Shown here in pieces: positions 14,791 through 30,300 of a stretch of DNA of 64,000 bases. The notes under the pieces are model-generated. The model was not told where the DNA came from, did no database searches, and saw only the letters and a list, made by a program, of their open reading frames with translations. A program made the translations under genes and the position numbers. The DNA is from the human T2T-CHM13v2.0 reference genome, Homo sapiens: assembly GCF_009914755.1 (NCBI RefSeq), contig NC_060938.1; one strand, 5' to 3'. Each line of letters starts with the position of its first letter. Position 1 is the first letter of the stretch.

Positions 14791-17700
14791 ATGGAATGGA
14801 ATAGAATGGAATGGAATGGAATGGAATGGAATGGAGTGGAATGGAACGGGATGGATTGGAATGGAATAAACACCAGGAGAATGAAATGGATTGGAATGAA
14901 ATGTAATGGAATGGAATGCAATGGAATGAAATCAACCCGAGTGGAATGGAACGGAATGGAATTGAATGGAAAGGAATGAATGGAATGGAATGCTGTGGAA
15001 TCAACACGAGAGGAATGGAATGGAATGGAATGGAAAGCAACGGAATGGAAAGAAATGGAATGGAATGATCCCGAATGGAATGCAATGGATTGGAATGCAA
15101 TGGAATGGAATCAACCCGAGCGGAAAGGAATGGAATGGAATGGAGTGGAATGGAATGGAATGGAGTGGAATGGAATGGAATGGAATGTAATGGAATCAAC
15201 ACGAATATAATGGAACGGAATGGAATGGGATGGGATGGAATGGAATGGAATGGAAGTTAATCAACACGAATGGAATGGAACGGAATGGAAAGGAATGGAA
15301 TGGAATGAAATGGAAAGGAACGGAATGGAATCAACACGAGTGGAATGAAATGGAATGGAATGGAATCAACCCGAGTGGAATGAAATGGAATGCAATGCAG
15401 TGGGATGGAGTGGAGTCAACCCGAGTGGAATGGAATGGAATTGAATGAAATGGAATGGATCGGAATGGAATCCAATGGAATCTACTGGAATGGAATGGAA
15501 TAGAATGGAATAAATTCGGGTGGAGTGGAATGGAATGTAATGGAGTGGAATGGAATGGAATTTAGTGGAGTGGAATGGAATGGAATGGAATGGAAAGGAA
15601 CGGAATGGAATCAACACGAGTGGAATGGAATGGAATGGAATGGAATGGAATCAACCCCAGTTGAATTAACTGGAATGGAATGCAATGGGATGGAGGGGAA
15701 TCAACCCGAGTGGAATGGAATGGAATGGAATGGGATGTAATGGAATGGAATGGAATGGAATGGAATGGAATGAAATGGAATGGATCGGAATGGAATCTAA
15801 TGGAATCAACTGGAATGGAATGGAATGGAATGGAATGGAACGGAATGGAAACAACACGAATGGAATGGAACGGATTGTAATGGAAATGAATGGAATGGAA
15901 TGGAATGGAATGGAATGGAATGGAATCAACCCAAGTGCAATGGAATGGAATGGAATGCAATGGAATCCACCCGAGTGGAATGGAATGGAATGGAATGGAA
16001 TGGAATGCAATGGAGTGGAATGGAACGGAATGGAGTGGAATGCAATAAACATCAGGGGAATGAAATTGATTGGAATGAAGTGGAATGGAATGGAATGGAA
16101 TGGAATGAAATCAACCAGAGTGGAATGGAACGGAATGGAATGGAATGGAAAGGAATGAATGGAAAGGAATGGTGTGGAATCAACACGAAAGGAATGGAAT
16201 GGAATGGAATGGAACGGAACGGAATGGAAAGGAATGGAATGAAATGAACCCGAATGGAATGGAATGGAATGGATTGGAATGGAATGGAATGGAATCAACC
16301 CGAGCGGAAAGGAACGGAATGGAATAGAGTGGAATGTAATGTAATGGAATGGAATGGAATGGAATCAACACAAATGTAATGGAACGGAATGGAATGGGAT
16401 AGGATGGAATGGTATGGAATGGAAGTTAATCAACACGAATGGAATGGAACGGAATGGAATGGAATGGATTGGAAAGGAATGGAATGGAATGGAATCAACC
16501 CGAGCGGAAAGGAATGGAATGGAAAGGAATGGAATGGAATCAACCCGAATGGGATGGCATGGAATGGAATGGAATGGAATGGAATGGAATGGAATGGAAT
16601 CAACCCAAGTGCAATGGATGGAATGGAATGCAATGGAATACACCCGAGTGGAATGGAATGGAATGGAATGGACTGGTATGGAATGCAATGCAATGGAATT
16701 CAATGGAGTGGAATGGAACGGAATAGAGTGGAATTGAATAAACACCAGGGGAATGAAATGGATTGGAATGTAATGGAATGGAATGGAATGGAATGGAATG
16801 AAATCAACCTGAGTGGAATGGAACGGAATGGAATGGAATGGAAAGGAATGAATGGAATGGAATGGTGAGGAAACAACACGAGAGGAATGGAATGGAATGG
16901 AACGGAAAGGAATGGAAAGAAATGGAATGGAATGAACCCGAATGGAATGGAATGGATTGGAATGGAATGGAATGGAATCAACCCGAGCGGAAAGGAATGG
17001 AATGCAATGGAGTGGAATGGAATGTAATGTAATGGAATGGAATGGAATGGAATGGAATCATCACGAATGGAATGGAACGGAATGGAATGGGATGGGATGG
17101 AATGTATTGGAATGGAAGTTAATCAACACGAATGGAATGGAATTGAAAGGAATGGAATGAAATGGAATGGAATGGAATGGAATGAAATGGAAAGGAACGG
17201 ATTGGAATCAACAGGAGTGGAATGGAATGGAACGGAATGGAATCAACACGAGTGGAATGAAATGGAATGTAATGCAATGGGATGGAGTGGAATCAACCCG
17301 AGTGGAATGGAATGGAATGGAATGGAATGGAATGAAAAGGAATGGAATGGAATGGAATGGAATGGAATGGAATGGAATGGAATGTTATGGAATGGAATGG
17401 AATGGAATGGATTAAATCCGGGTGTAGTGGAATGGAATGGAATGGAATGGAATGGAATGGAATGGAATTTAGTGGAATGGAATGGAATGGAATGTAAAGG
17501 AATGGAATGGAATCAACCAGAATGGAATGGAACGGAATGGAATGGAAAGGAATGGAAAGGAATGGAATGGAATAGAATGGAATGGAATGGAATGGAATCA
17601 ACCCGAATGGGATGGCATGAAATGGAACGGAATGCAATGGAATGGAATGGAATGGAATGGAATCTCCCTAAGTGCAATGGAATGGAATGGAATGCAATGG

Positions 17701-20700
17701 AATCCACCCGAGTGGAATCGAATGGAATAGAAAGAAATCAACCCTAATGGAATTGAACGGAATGGAATGGAAAGGAATGGAATGGAATGGAATGGAATGG
17801 AATGGAATGGAATGGAATCAACCCGAATGGGATGCCATGGAATGGAATGGAATGGAATGGAATGGAATGGAATGGAATGGAATGGAATGGAATCAACACG
17901 AGTGGAATGGAATGGAAAGGAATGGAATCAACACGAGTGGAATGAAATGGAATGTAATGCAATGGGATGGAGTGGAATCAACCCGAGCGGAATGGAATGG
18001 AATGCAGTGGAAAGGAATGAAATGGAATGGATCGGAATGGAATCCAATGGAATCAACTGGAATGGAATGGTATGGAAGGGAATGGAATGGAATGGAATGG
18101 AATGGAATAAATCCGGGTGGAGTGGAATGGAATGTAATGGAGTGGAATATAATGGAATTTATTGAAATGCAATGGAATGGAATGGAATGGAACGGAATGG
18201 AATGGAATGAAATGGATTGGATCGGAATGGAATCCAATGGAATCAACTGGAATGGAATGGAATGGAATGGAATAAATCCGTGTGGAGTGGAATGGAATGT
18301 AATGGAGTGGAATGGAATGGAATGGAATGGAATGGAATGGAAAGGAATCAACCCGAATGGAATTGAACGGAATGGAATGGAAAGGAATGGAATGGAATGG
18401 AACGGAATGGAATCAACCCAAATGGGATGGCATGGAATGGAATGGAATGGAATGGAATGGAATGGAATCAACCCAAGTGCAATGGATGGAATGGAATGCA
18501 ATGGAATCCACCCGAGTGGAATGGAATGGAATGGACTGGAATGGAATGGAATGCAATGGAATTCAATGGAGTGGAATGGAACGGAATAGAGTGGAATTGA
18601 ATAAACACCAGGGGAATGAAATGGATTGCAGTGAAATGGAATGGAATGGAATGAAATCAAAGCGAATGGAATGCAACGGATTGGAATGGAATGGAAAGGA
18701 ATGAATGGAATGGAATGGTGAGGAATCAACACGAAAGGAATGGAATGGAATGGAACGGAACGGAATAGAAAGAAATGGAATGGAATGAACCCGAATGGAA
18801 TGGAATGGATTGGAATGGAATGGAATGGAATCAACCCGAGCGGAAAGGAATGGAATGCAATGGAGTGGAATGGAATGGAATGGAATGGAATGGAATGGAA
18901 TGGAATCATCACGAATGGAATGGAACGGAGTGGAATGGGATGGAATGGAATGGAATGGAAATTAATCAACACGAATGGAATGGAATGGAAAGGAATGGAA
19001 TGAAATGGAATGGAATGGTATGGAATGGAATGGAATTGAATGGAATGGAATGAAATGGAAAGGAACGGAATGGAATCAACAGGAGTGGAATGGAATGGAA
19101 AGGAATGGAATCAACCCGAGTGGAATGAAATGGAATGTAATGCAATGGGATGGAGTGGAATCAACCCGAGTGCAATGGAATGGAATGGAATGGAATGGAA
19201 TGGAATGGAATGGAATGAAATGAAATGGAATGGATTGGAATGGAATCCAATGGAATCAACTGGAATGGAATGGAATGGAATGGAATGGAATGGAATGGAT
19301 TAAATCCGGGTGGAGTGGAATGGAATGTAATGGAGTGGAATGTAATGGAATTTAGTGGAAGGGAATGGAATGGAATGGAATGAAATGGATTGGAACGGAA
19401 TGGAATCCAATGGAATCAACTGGAATGGAATGGAATGGAATGGAATGAAATGGAAAGGAACGGAATGGAATCAACACGAGTGGAATGGGATGGAACGGAA
19501 TGGAATCAACCCGAGTGGAATGGAATGGAATGGAATGGAAAGGAATGGAATGGAATAGAATGGAATGGAATGGAATGGAATGGAATCAACCCGAATGGAA
19601 TGGCATGGAATGGCATTGAATGGAATACAATGGAATGGAATGGAATGGAATGGAATGGAATGGAATGGAATCCACCCAAGTGCAATGGAATGGAATGGAA
19701 TGCAATGGAATCCACCCGAGTGTAATGGAATGGAATGGAATGGAATGGAATGGAATGGAATGGAATGGAGTGGAATGGAACGGAATGGAGTGGAATACAA
19801 TAAACACCAGGGGAATGAAATGGATTGGAATGAAGTGGAATGGAATGGAATGGAATGAAATCAACCCGAGAGGAATGGAACGGAATGGAATGGAATGGAA
19901 AGGAATGAATGGAATGGAATGGTGTGGAATCAACACGAGGGGAATGGAATGGAATGGAACGGAACGGAACAGAATGGAAAGGAATGGAATGGAATGAACC
20001 CGAATGGAATGGAATGGATTGGAATGGAATGGAATGGAATCAACCCGAGCGGAAAGGAATGGAATGGAATGGAGTGGAATGTAATGGAATGGAATGGAAT
20101 GGAATGGAATGGAATCAACACAAATGGAATGGAATGGAATGGAATGGGATAGGATGGAATGGTATGGAATGGAAGTTAATCAACACGAATGGAATGGAAC
20201 GGAATGGAATGGAATGGAATGGAAAGGAATGGAATGGAATGGAATGGAATTAAATGGAAAGGAACGGAATGGAATCAACACGAGTGGATTGGAAAGGAAT
20301 GGAATGGAATCAACAACAGTGGAATGAACTGGAATGTAATGCAATGGGATGGAGTGGAATCAACACGAGTGGAATGGAATGGAATGGAATGGAATGGAAA
20401 GGAATGGAATGGAATGAAATGGAATGGATTGGAGTGGAATCCAATGGAATCAACTGGAATGGAATGGAATGGAATGGAATGGAATGGAATGGAATGCAAT
20501 GGAATGGAATAAATCTGCGTGGAGTGGAATGGAATGAAACGGAGTGGAATGTAATGGAATTTAGTGGAATGGAATGGAATGAAATGGAATGGAATGAAAT
20601 GGATTGGATCGGAATGGAACCCAATGGAATCAACTGGAATGGAATGGAACGGAATTGAATGGAATAAATCCGGGTGGAGTGGAATGGAATGTAATGGAGT

Positions 20701-23017
20701 GGAATGGAATGGAATTTAGTGCAATGGAATGGAATGGAATGGAATGGAATGAAATGGATTGGATCGGAATGGAATCCAATGGAATCAACTGGAATGGAAT
20801 GGAATGGAATAAATCCGGGTGGAGTGGAATGGAATGTAATGGAGTGGAAAGGAATGGAATTTAATGGAATGGAATGGAAAGGAATGGAATGAAATGGAAT
20901 GGAATGGAATCAACCCGAATGGGATGGCATGGAATGAAATTGAATGGAATGGAATGGAATGGAATGGAATCAACACGAATGGAATGGAACGGAATGGAAA
21001 GCAATGGAATGGAATGGAATGGAAAGGAATGGAATGGAATGGAAGGGAATCAACCCGAATGGGATGGCATGGAATGGAATTGAATGGAATGGAATGGAAT
21101 GGAATGGAATGGAATGGAATGGAATCCACCCAAGTGCAATGGAATGGAATGGAATGCAATGGAATCCACCCGAGTGGAATGGAATGGAATGGAACGGAAT
21201 GGAATGGAATGGAATGGAGTGGAATGGAACGGAATGGAGTGGAATGGAATAAACACCAGGGAATGAAATGGATTGGAATGAAATGGAATGGAATGGAATG
21301 AAATCAACCAGAGTGGAATGCAACAGAATGGAATTGAATGGAAAGGAATGAATGGAATGGAATGGGGTGGAATCAACACGAGAGGAATGGAATGGAATGG
21401 AATGGAAAGGAACGGAATGGAAAGCAATGGAAAGGAGTGAACCCGAATGGAATGGAATGGATCGGAATGGAATGGAATGGAATCAACCCGAGCGGAAAGG
21501 AATGGAATGCAATGGAGTGGAATGAAATGTAATGGAATGGAATGGAATGGAATAGAATCAACACGAATGGAATGGAATGGAATGGAATTGGATGGGATGG
21601 AATGGAATGGAATGGAAGTTAATCAACACGAATGGAATGGATCGGAATGTAATCGAATGGAATGGAATGGAATGGAATGAAATGGAAAGGAACGGAATAG
21701 AATCAACACGAGTGGAATGGAATGGAACGGAATGGAATCAACCCGAGTGGAAAGAAATGGAATGTAATGCAATGGGATGGAGTGGAATCAACCCGAGTGG
21801 AATGGAAAGGAATGGAATGGAATGGAATGGAATGGAATGGATTGGAATGGAATCCAATGGAATCAACTGGAATGGAACGGAATGGAATGGAATGGAATGG
21901 AATGGAATGGAATGGAATGGAATGGAATGGAATGGAATGGAATGGAATAAATCCGGGTGGAGTGGAATGGAATGTAATGGAGTGGAATATAATGGAATTT
22001 AGTGGAATGGAATGGAATGGATTGGAATGGAATGAAATGGATTGGATCGGAATGGAAGGCAATGGAATCAACTGGAATGGAATGGAATGGAATGGAATGG
22101 AATAAATCCGGATTGAGTGGAATGGAATGTAATGGAGTAGAATGTAATGGAATTTAGTGGAATGGAATGGAATGGAATGGAATGGAAAGGAATCAACCCG
22201 AATGGAATGGAAAAGAATCGAATGGAAATAAATGGAATGGAATGGAAATAAATTGAATGGAATGGAATGGAATCAACCCAAGTGCAATGGAATGGAATGG
22301 AATGCAATGGAGCCACCCGAGTGGAATTGAATGGAATGGAATGGAATGGAATAAATCCGGGTGGAGTGGAATGGAATGGAATGGAGTGGAATGTAATGGA
22401 ATTTAGTGGAATGGAATGGAATGGAATGGAATGGAGTGGAATATAATGGAATTTAGTGGAATGGAATGGAATGGACAGGAATGAAATGGATTGGAATGGA
22501 ATGGAATGGAATCAACCAGAATGGAATGGAACGGAATGGAATGGAATGGAATGGAATGGAATGGAATGGAATAGAATGGAATGGAATCAACACGAATGAC
22601 GTGGCATAGAATGGAATGGAATGGAATGGAATGGAATGGAATGGAATGGAATGGAATCAACCCGAATGGAATGGAACGAAATGGAAGGGAAATGAATGGA
22701 ATGGAATGGAATGGAATTGAATGGAATGGAATCAACCCGAGCGGAAAGGAATGGAATGGAATGGAATGGAATGAAATGGAAAGGAATGGAATGGAATCAA
22801 CACGAGTGGAACGCAATGGAACGGAATGGAATCAACCCGAGTGGAATGAAATGGAATGCAATGCAATGGGATGGAGTGGAATCAACCCGAGTGGAATGGA
22901 ATGGAATGGAATGGAACGAAATGGAATGGATCGGAATGGAATCCAATGGAATCAACTGGAATGGAATGGAATGGAATAGAATGGAATGGAATGGAATGGA
23001 ATGGAATGGAATGGAAT

Positions 23018-24495
23018 GAAGTAAATCCGGGTGGAGTGGTTTGGAATGTAATGGAGTGTAATGTAATGGGATTTAGTGGAATGGAATGGAATGGAATGGA
23101 ATGAAATGGATTGGATTGGAATGGAATCCATTGGAATCAACTGGAATGGAATGGAATGGATTAAATCCGGGTGGAGTGGAATGGAATGTAATGGAGTGGA
23201 ATGGAATGGATTTTACTGGAATTGAATGGAATGGAATGGAATGGAATGGAATGGAATGGAATGGAATGGAATGGAATGGAATGGTATAAACCCGAATGGA
23301 ATGGAACGGAATCAACCCGAATGGAATGGAACGGAATGGAATGGAAAGAATGGAATGGAATGGAATGGAATGGAATGGAATGGAATGGAGTGGAATGGAA
23401 CGTAATGGAGAGGAATGGAATAAACACCAGGGGAATGAAATGGATTGGAATGAAATGGAATGGAATGGAATGGAATGGAATGGAATGGAATGGAGTGAAA
23501 TCAACCCGAGTGGAATGCAACGGAATGGAATGGAATGGAAAGGAATGAATGGAATGGAGTGGTGTGGAATCAACACAAGAGAAATGGAATGGAATGGAAT
23601 GGAATGGAATGGAATGGAACGGAATGGAAAGGAACGGAATGGAATGAACCCGAATGGAATGGAATGGATTGGAATGGAATGGAATGGAATGGAATGGAAT
23701 GAACCCGAATGGAATGGAATGGATTGGAATGGAATGGAATGGAATCAACCCGACCGGAAAGGAATGGAATGGAATGGAGTGGAATGGAATGAAATGGAAT
23801 GGAATGGAATGGAATGGAATCAACACGAATGGAGTGGAACAGAATGGAATGGGATGGGATGGAATGGAATGGAATGGAAGTTAATCAACACCAATGGAAT
23901 GGAACGGTGTGGAATGGAATGGAATGGAAAGGAATGGAATAAACCCGAATGGAATGGAATGAATTGGAATGGAATCAACCCGACTGGAATGATATGGAAT
24001 GAAATGCAATGGGATGGAGTGGAATCAACCCGAGTGGAATGGAATGGAATGGAATGAAATGGAATGGATCGGAATGGAATCCAATGGAATCAACTGGAAT
24101 GGAATGGAATGGAACGGAATGGAATGGAATGGAATAAATCAGGGTGGAATGGAATGGAATGTAATGGAGTGGAATGTAATGGAATTTAGTGGAATGGAAT
24201 GGAATGGAATGGAATGGAATGGAAAGGAATGGAATGGAATGAAATGGATTGGATTGGAATGGAATCCAATGGAATCAACTGGAATGGAATGGAATGGAAT
24301 GGAATGGAATGGAATAAATCCGGGTGGAGTGGAATGGAATGTAATGGAGTGGAATGGAATGGAATTTAGTGGAATGGAATGGAATGGAATGCAATGGAAT
24401 GGAATGGAATGGAATGGAATGGAATGGAATGGAATGGAATCAACCCGAATGGAATGGAACGGAATGGAATGGAAAGGAATGGAATGGAATGGAAT
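23018..24495 (+). repeat. Extra ~1.48 kb D monomer (short form) in tandem with a long-form D
   Basis: GAAGTAAATCCGGGT at ~23018 and ~24496. D markers (CAACACAAGAGAA, CAACCCGACCGG, AAATCAGGGT) appear twice in succession. Confidence 0.88.
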
Positions 24496-27330
24496 GAAGT
24501 AAATCCGGGTGGAGTGGATTTGAATGTAATGGAGTGTAATGTAATGGGATTTAGTGGAATGGAATGGAATGGAATGGAATGAAATGGATTGGATCGGAAT
24601 GGAATCCATTGGAATCAACTGGAATGGAATGGAATGGATTAAATCCGGGTGGAGTGGAATGGAATGTAATGGAGTGGAATGGAATGGATTTTACTGGAAT
24701 TGAATGGAATGGAATGGAATGGAATGGAATGGAATGGTATAAACCCGAATGGAATGGAACGGAATCAACCCGAATGGAATGGAACGGAATGGAATGGAAA
24801 GGAATGGAATGGAATGGAATGGAATGGAATGGAATGGAATGGAATCAACCCAAGTGCAATGGAATGGAATGCAATGCAATGGAATCCACCCGAGTGGAAT
24901 GGAATGGAATGGAATGGAATGGAATGGAATGGAGTGGAATGGAACGTAATGGAGAGGAATGGAATAAACACCAGGGGAATGAAATGGATTGGAATGAAAC
25001 GGAATGGAATGGAATGGAATGGAATGGAATGGAATGGAATGGAGTGAAATCAACCCGAGTGGAATGCAACGGAATGGAATGGAATGGAAAGGAATGAATG
25101 GAATGGAGTGGTGTGGAATCAACACAAGAGAAATGGAATGGAATGGAATGGAATGGAATGGAATGGAATGGAATGGAATGGAATGGAACGGAATGGAAAG
25201 GAACGGAATGGAATGAACCCGAATGGAATGGAATGGATTGGAATGGAATGGAATGGAATGGAATGGAATGAACCCGAATGGAATGGAATGGATTGGAATG
25301 GAATGGAATGGAATGAACCCGACCGGAAAGGAATGGAATGGAATGGAGTGGAATGGAATGAAATGGAATGGAATGGAATGGAATGGAATCAACACGAATG
25401 GAGTGGAACAGAATGGAATGGGATGGGATGGAATTGAATGGAATGGAAGTTAATCAACACCAATGGAATGGAACGGTGTGGAATGGAATGGAATGGAAAG
25501 GAATGGAATAAACCCGAATGGAATGGAATGAATTGGAATGGAATCAACCCGACTGGAATGATATGGAATGAAATGCAATGGGATGGAGTGGAATCAACCC
25601 GAGTGGAATGGAATGGAATGGAATGAAATGGAATGGATCGGAATGGAATCCAATGGAATCAACTGGAATGGAATGGAATGGAACGGAATGGAATGGAATG
25701 GAATAAATCAGGGTGGAATGGAATGGAATGTAATGGAGTGGAATGTAATGGAATTTAGTGGAATGGAAGGGAATGGAATGGAATGGAATGGAAAGGAATG
25801 GAATGGAATGAAATGGATTGGATTGGAATGGAATCCAATGGAATCAACTGGAATGGAATGGAATGGAATGGAATGGAATGGAATAAATCCGGGTGGATTG
25901 GAATGGAATGTAATGGAGTGGAATGGAATGGAATTTAGTGGAATGGAATGGAATGGAATGCAATGGAATGGAATGGAATGGAATGGAATGGAATGGAATG
26001 GAATGGAATGGAATCAACCCGAATGGAATGGAACGGAATGGAATGGAAAGGAATGGAATGGAATGGATTCAACCCGAATGGAATTGAACGGAATGGAATG
26101 GAAAGGAATGGAACGGAATGGAATGGAATCAACCCAAATGGGATGGCATGGAATGGAATTGAATGGAATGGAATGGAATGGAATGGAATCAACCCAAGTG
26201 CAATGGAAAGGAATGGAATGCAATGGAATCCACCCGAGTGGAATGGAATGGAATGGAATGGAATGGAATGGAATGGAATGGAGTGGAATGGAAAGGAATG
26301 GAGTGGAATGGAATAAACACCAGGGGAATGAAATGGATTGGAATGAATTTGAATGGAATCGAATGGAATGGAATGAAATAAACCGAGTGGAATGGAACGG
26401 AATGGAATGGAATGGAATGGAAAGGAATGAATGGAATGGAGTGGTGTGGAATCAACACGAGAGGAATGGAATGGTATGGAACGGAACGGAATGGAAAGGA
26501 ATGGAATGGAATGAACCCGAATGGAATGGAATGGATTGAATTGGAATGGAATGGAATCAACACGAGCAGAAAGGAATGGAATGGAATGGAGTGGAATGGA
26601 ATGTAATGGAATGGAATTGAATGGAATATAATGGAATCAACCCGAGAGGAAAGGAATGGAATGGAATTGAGTGGAATGTAATGTAATGTAAAGGAATGGA
26701 ATGGAATCACCACGAATGGAATGGAACGGAATGGAATGGGATGGGATGGAATGGAATGGAATGGAAGTTAATCAACACGAATGGAATGGAACGGAATGGA
26801 ATGGAATGGAATGGAATGGAATGGAATGGAATGGAATAGAATGGAATGGAATCACCACGAATGGAATGGAATGGAATGGAATGGGATGGGATGGAATGGA
26901 ATGGAATGGAAGTTAATCAACACGAATGGAATGGAACGGAATGGAATGGAATGGAATGGAATGGAATGGAATGGAATGGAATGGAATGGAGTGGAATGGA
27001 ACGGGATGGATTGGAATGGAATAAACACCAGGAGAATGAAATGGATTGGAATGAAATGTAATGGAATGGAATGCAATGGAATGAAATCAACCCGAGTGGA
27101 ATGGAACGGAATGGAATTGAATGGAAAGGAATGAATGGAATGGAATGCTGTGGAATCAACACGAGAGGAATGGAATGGAATGGAATGGAAAGCAACGGAA
27201 TGGAAAGAAATGGAATGGAATGATCCCGAATGGAATGCAATGGATTGGAATGCAATGGAATGGAATCAACCCGAGCGGAAAGGAATGGAATGGAATGGAG
27301 TGGAATGGAATGGAATGGAATGGAATGGAA

Positions 27331-30300
27331 TGGAATGGAATGGAATGGAATGGAATGGAGTGTAATGGAACGGAATGGAGTGGAATGCAATAAACACCAG
27401 GGGAATGAAATGGATTGGAATGAAATGGAATGGAATGGAGTGGAATGGAATGAAATCAACCCGAGTGGAATGGAACGGAATGGAATAGAATGGAAAGGAA
27501 TGAATGGAATTGAATTGTGTGGAATCAACACGAGAGGAATGGAATGGAATGGAATGGAACGGAACGGAATGGAAAGGAATGGAATGGAATGAACCCGAAT
27601 GGAATGGAATGGATTGGAATGGAATGGAATGGAATCAACCCGAGCGGAAAGGAATGGAATGGAATGGAGTGGAACGGAATGCAATGGAATGGAATGGAAT
27701 GGAATCAACACGAATGGAATGGAACGGAATGGAATGGGATGGGATGGAATGGAATGGAATGTAAGTTAATCAACACGAATGGAATGGAACGGAATGGAAT
27801 GGAATGAAAAGGAAAGGAACAGAATGGCATCAACACGAATGGAATGGAATGGAACGGAAAGGAATCAACCCGAGTGGAATGAAATGGAATGTAATGCAAT
27901 GGGATGGAGGGGAATCACCCCGAGTGGAATGGAATGGAATGGAACGGAATGAAATGGAATGGATCGGAATGGAATCCAATGGAATCAACTGGAATGGAAT
28001 GGAATGGAATGGAATGGAATAAATCCGGGTGGAGTGGAATGGAATGTAATGGATTGGAATGAAATGGAATTTAGTGGAATGGAATGGAATGGAATGGAAT
28101 GGAATGGAATGAAATGGATTGGATCGCAATGGAATACAATGGAATCAACTGGAATGGAATGGAATGGAATGGAATGGAATAAATCCGGTTGGAGTGGAAT
28201 GGAATGGAATGGAGTGGAATGGATTGGAATTTAGTGGAATGGAATGGAATGGAATGGAATGGAATGGATTTAATTGGAATGGAATCCATTGGAATCAACT
28301 GGAATGGAAAGGAATGGAATGCAATGGAATGTAACGGAATTTAATGGAATGGAATGGAATGGAATGGAATGAAATGGATTGGATAGGAATGGAATCCAAT
28401 GGAATCAACTGGAATGGAATGGAATGGAATGGAATGCAATGGAATGGAATAAATCCGGGTGGAGTGGAATGGAATGTAATGGAGTGGAATGCAATGGAAT
28501 TTAGTGGAATGGAATGGAATGGAAGGGAATGGAATGGAATGGAATGGAATGAAAGGGATTGGATTGGAATGGAATCCAATGGAATCAACTGGAATGGAAT
28601 GGAATTGAATGGAAAGGAATAAATCCGGGTGGAGTGGAATGGAATGTAATGGAGTGGAATGGAATGGAATTTAGTGGAATAGAATGGAATGGAATGGAAT
28701 GGAATGGAATGGAAAGGCATCAAACCTAATGGAACGGAACGGAATGGAATGGAATGGAATGGAATGGAATGGAATGGAATGGAATGGAACGGAATGGAAT
28801 CAACCCGAATGGGATGGCACGGAATTGATGAATGGAATGGAATGGAATGGAATGGAATGGAATGGAATGGAATGGAATCAACCCAAGTGCATTGGAATGG
28901 AATGGAATGCAATGGAATCCAACCGAGTGGATTGGAATGGAATGGAACGGAATGGAATGGAATGGAATGGAGTGGAATAGAACGGAAGGGAGTGGAATGC
29001 AATAAACACAACGGGAATGAAATGGATTGGAATGAAATGGAATGGAATGGAATGGAATGAAATCAAGCAGAGTTGAATTGAACGGAATGGAATGGAATGG
29101 AAAGGAATGAATGGAATGGAATGGTGTGGAATCAACACGAGAGGAATGGAATGGAATTTAATGGAACGGAATAGAATGGAAAGGAATGGAATGGAATGAA
29201 CCCGAATGGAATGGAATGGATCGGAATGGAATCCAATGGAATCAAGTGGAATAGAATGGAATGTAATGGAATGGAATGGAATGGAATGGAATGAAATGGA
29301 ATGGATCGGAATGGAATCCAATGGAATCAAGTGGAATGGAATAGAATGGAATGGAATGGAGTGGAATGGAATGGAATGCAATGGAATGGAATGCAATGGA
29401 ATCCACCCGAGTGGAATGGAATGGAATGGAATGGAATGGAATGGAATGGAATGGAGTGGAATGGAACGGAATGGAGTGGAATGGAATAAACACCAGGGGA
29501 ATGAAATGGATTGGAATGAAATAGAATGGAATGGAATGGAATAGAATGAAATCAAACAGATTGGAATGGAACGGCATGGAATGGAATGGAAGGGAATGAA
29601 TGGAATGGAATGGTGTGGAATCAACACGAGAGGAATGGAATGGAACGGAATGGAACGGAACGGAATGGAAAGAAATGGAATGAAATGAACCCGAAAGGAA
29701 TGGAATGGATTGGGATGGAATAGAATGGAATCAACCCGAGCGGAAAGGAATGGAATGGAATGGAGTGGAATGTAATGGAATGGAATGGAATTGAATGCAA
29801 TGGAATCAACACGAATGGAATGGAACGGAATGGAATGGGATGGGATGGGATGGAATGTGATGGAATGGAAGTTAATCAACACGAATGGAATGGAACGGAA
29901 TGGAATGGATTGGAATGGAATGGAATGGAATGGAATGAAATGGAAAGGAATGGAATGGAATCAACACGAGTGGAATGCAATGGAACGGAATGGAATCAAC
30001 CCGAGTGGAATGAAATGGAATGCAATGCAATGGGATGGAGTGGAATCAACCCGAGTGGAATGGAATGGAATGGAATGGAACGAAATGGAATGGATCGGAA
30101 TGGAATCCAATGGAATCAACTGGAATGGAATGGAATGGAATAGAATGGAATGGAATGGAATGGAATGGAATGGAATGAAGTAAATCCGGGTGGAGTGGAT
30201 TGGAATGTAATGGAGTGTAATGTAATGGGATTTAGTGGAATGGAATGGAATGGAATGGAATGAAATGGATTGGATTGGAATGGAATCCATTGGAATCAAC

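Larger units (their letters stand above)
9495..27330 (+). repeat. Large tandem duplication copy 1 (A-K, D, D, E, F; ~17.8 kb)
   Basis: Anchor and ORF offsets to the next copy: 17815 (A,B), 17805 (C), 17745 (E,H), 17740 (I,J,K). Examples are ORFs 17893/35633 and 21338/39078. Confidence 0.9.
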
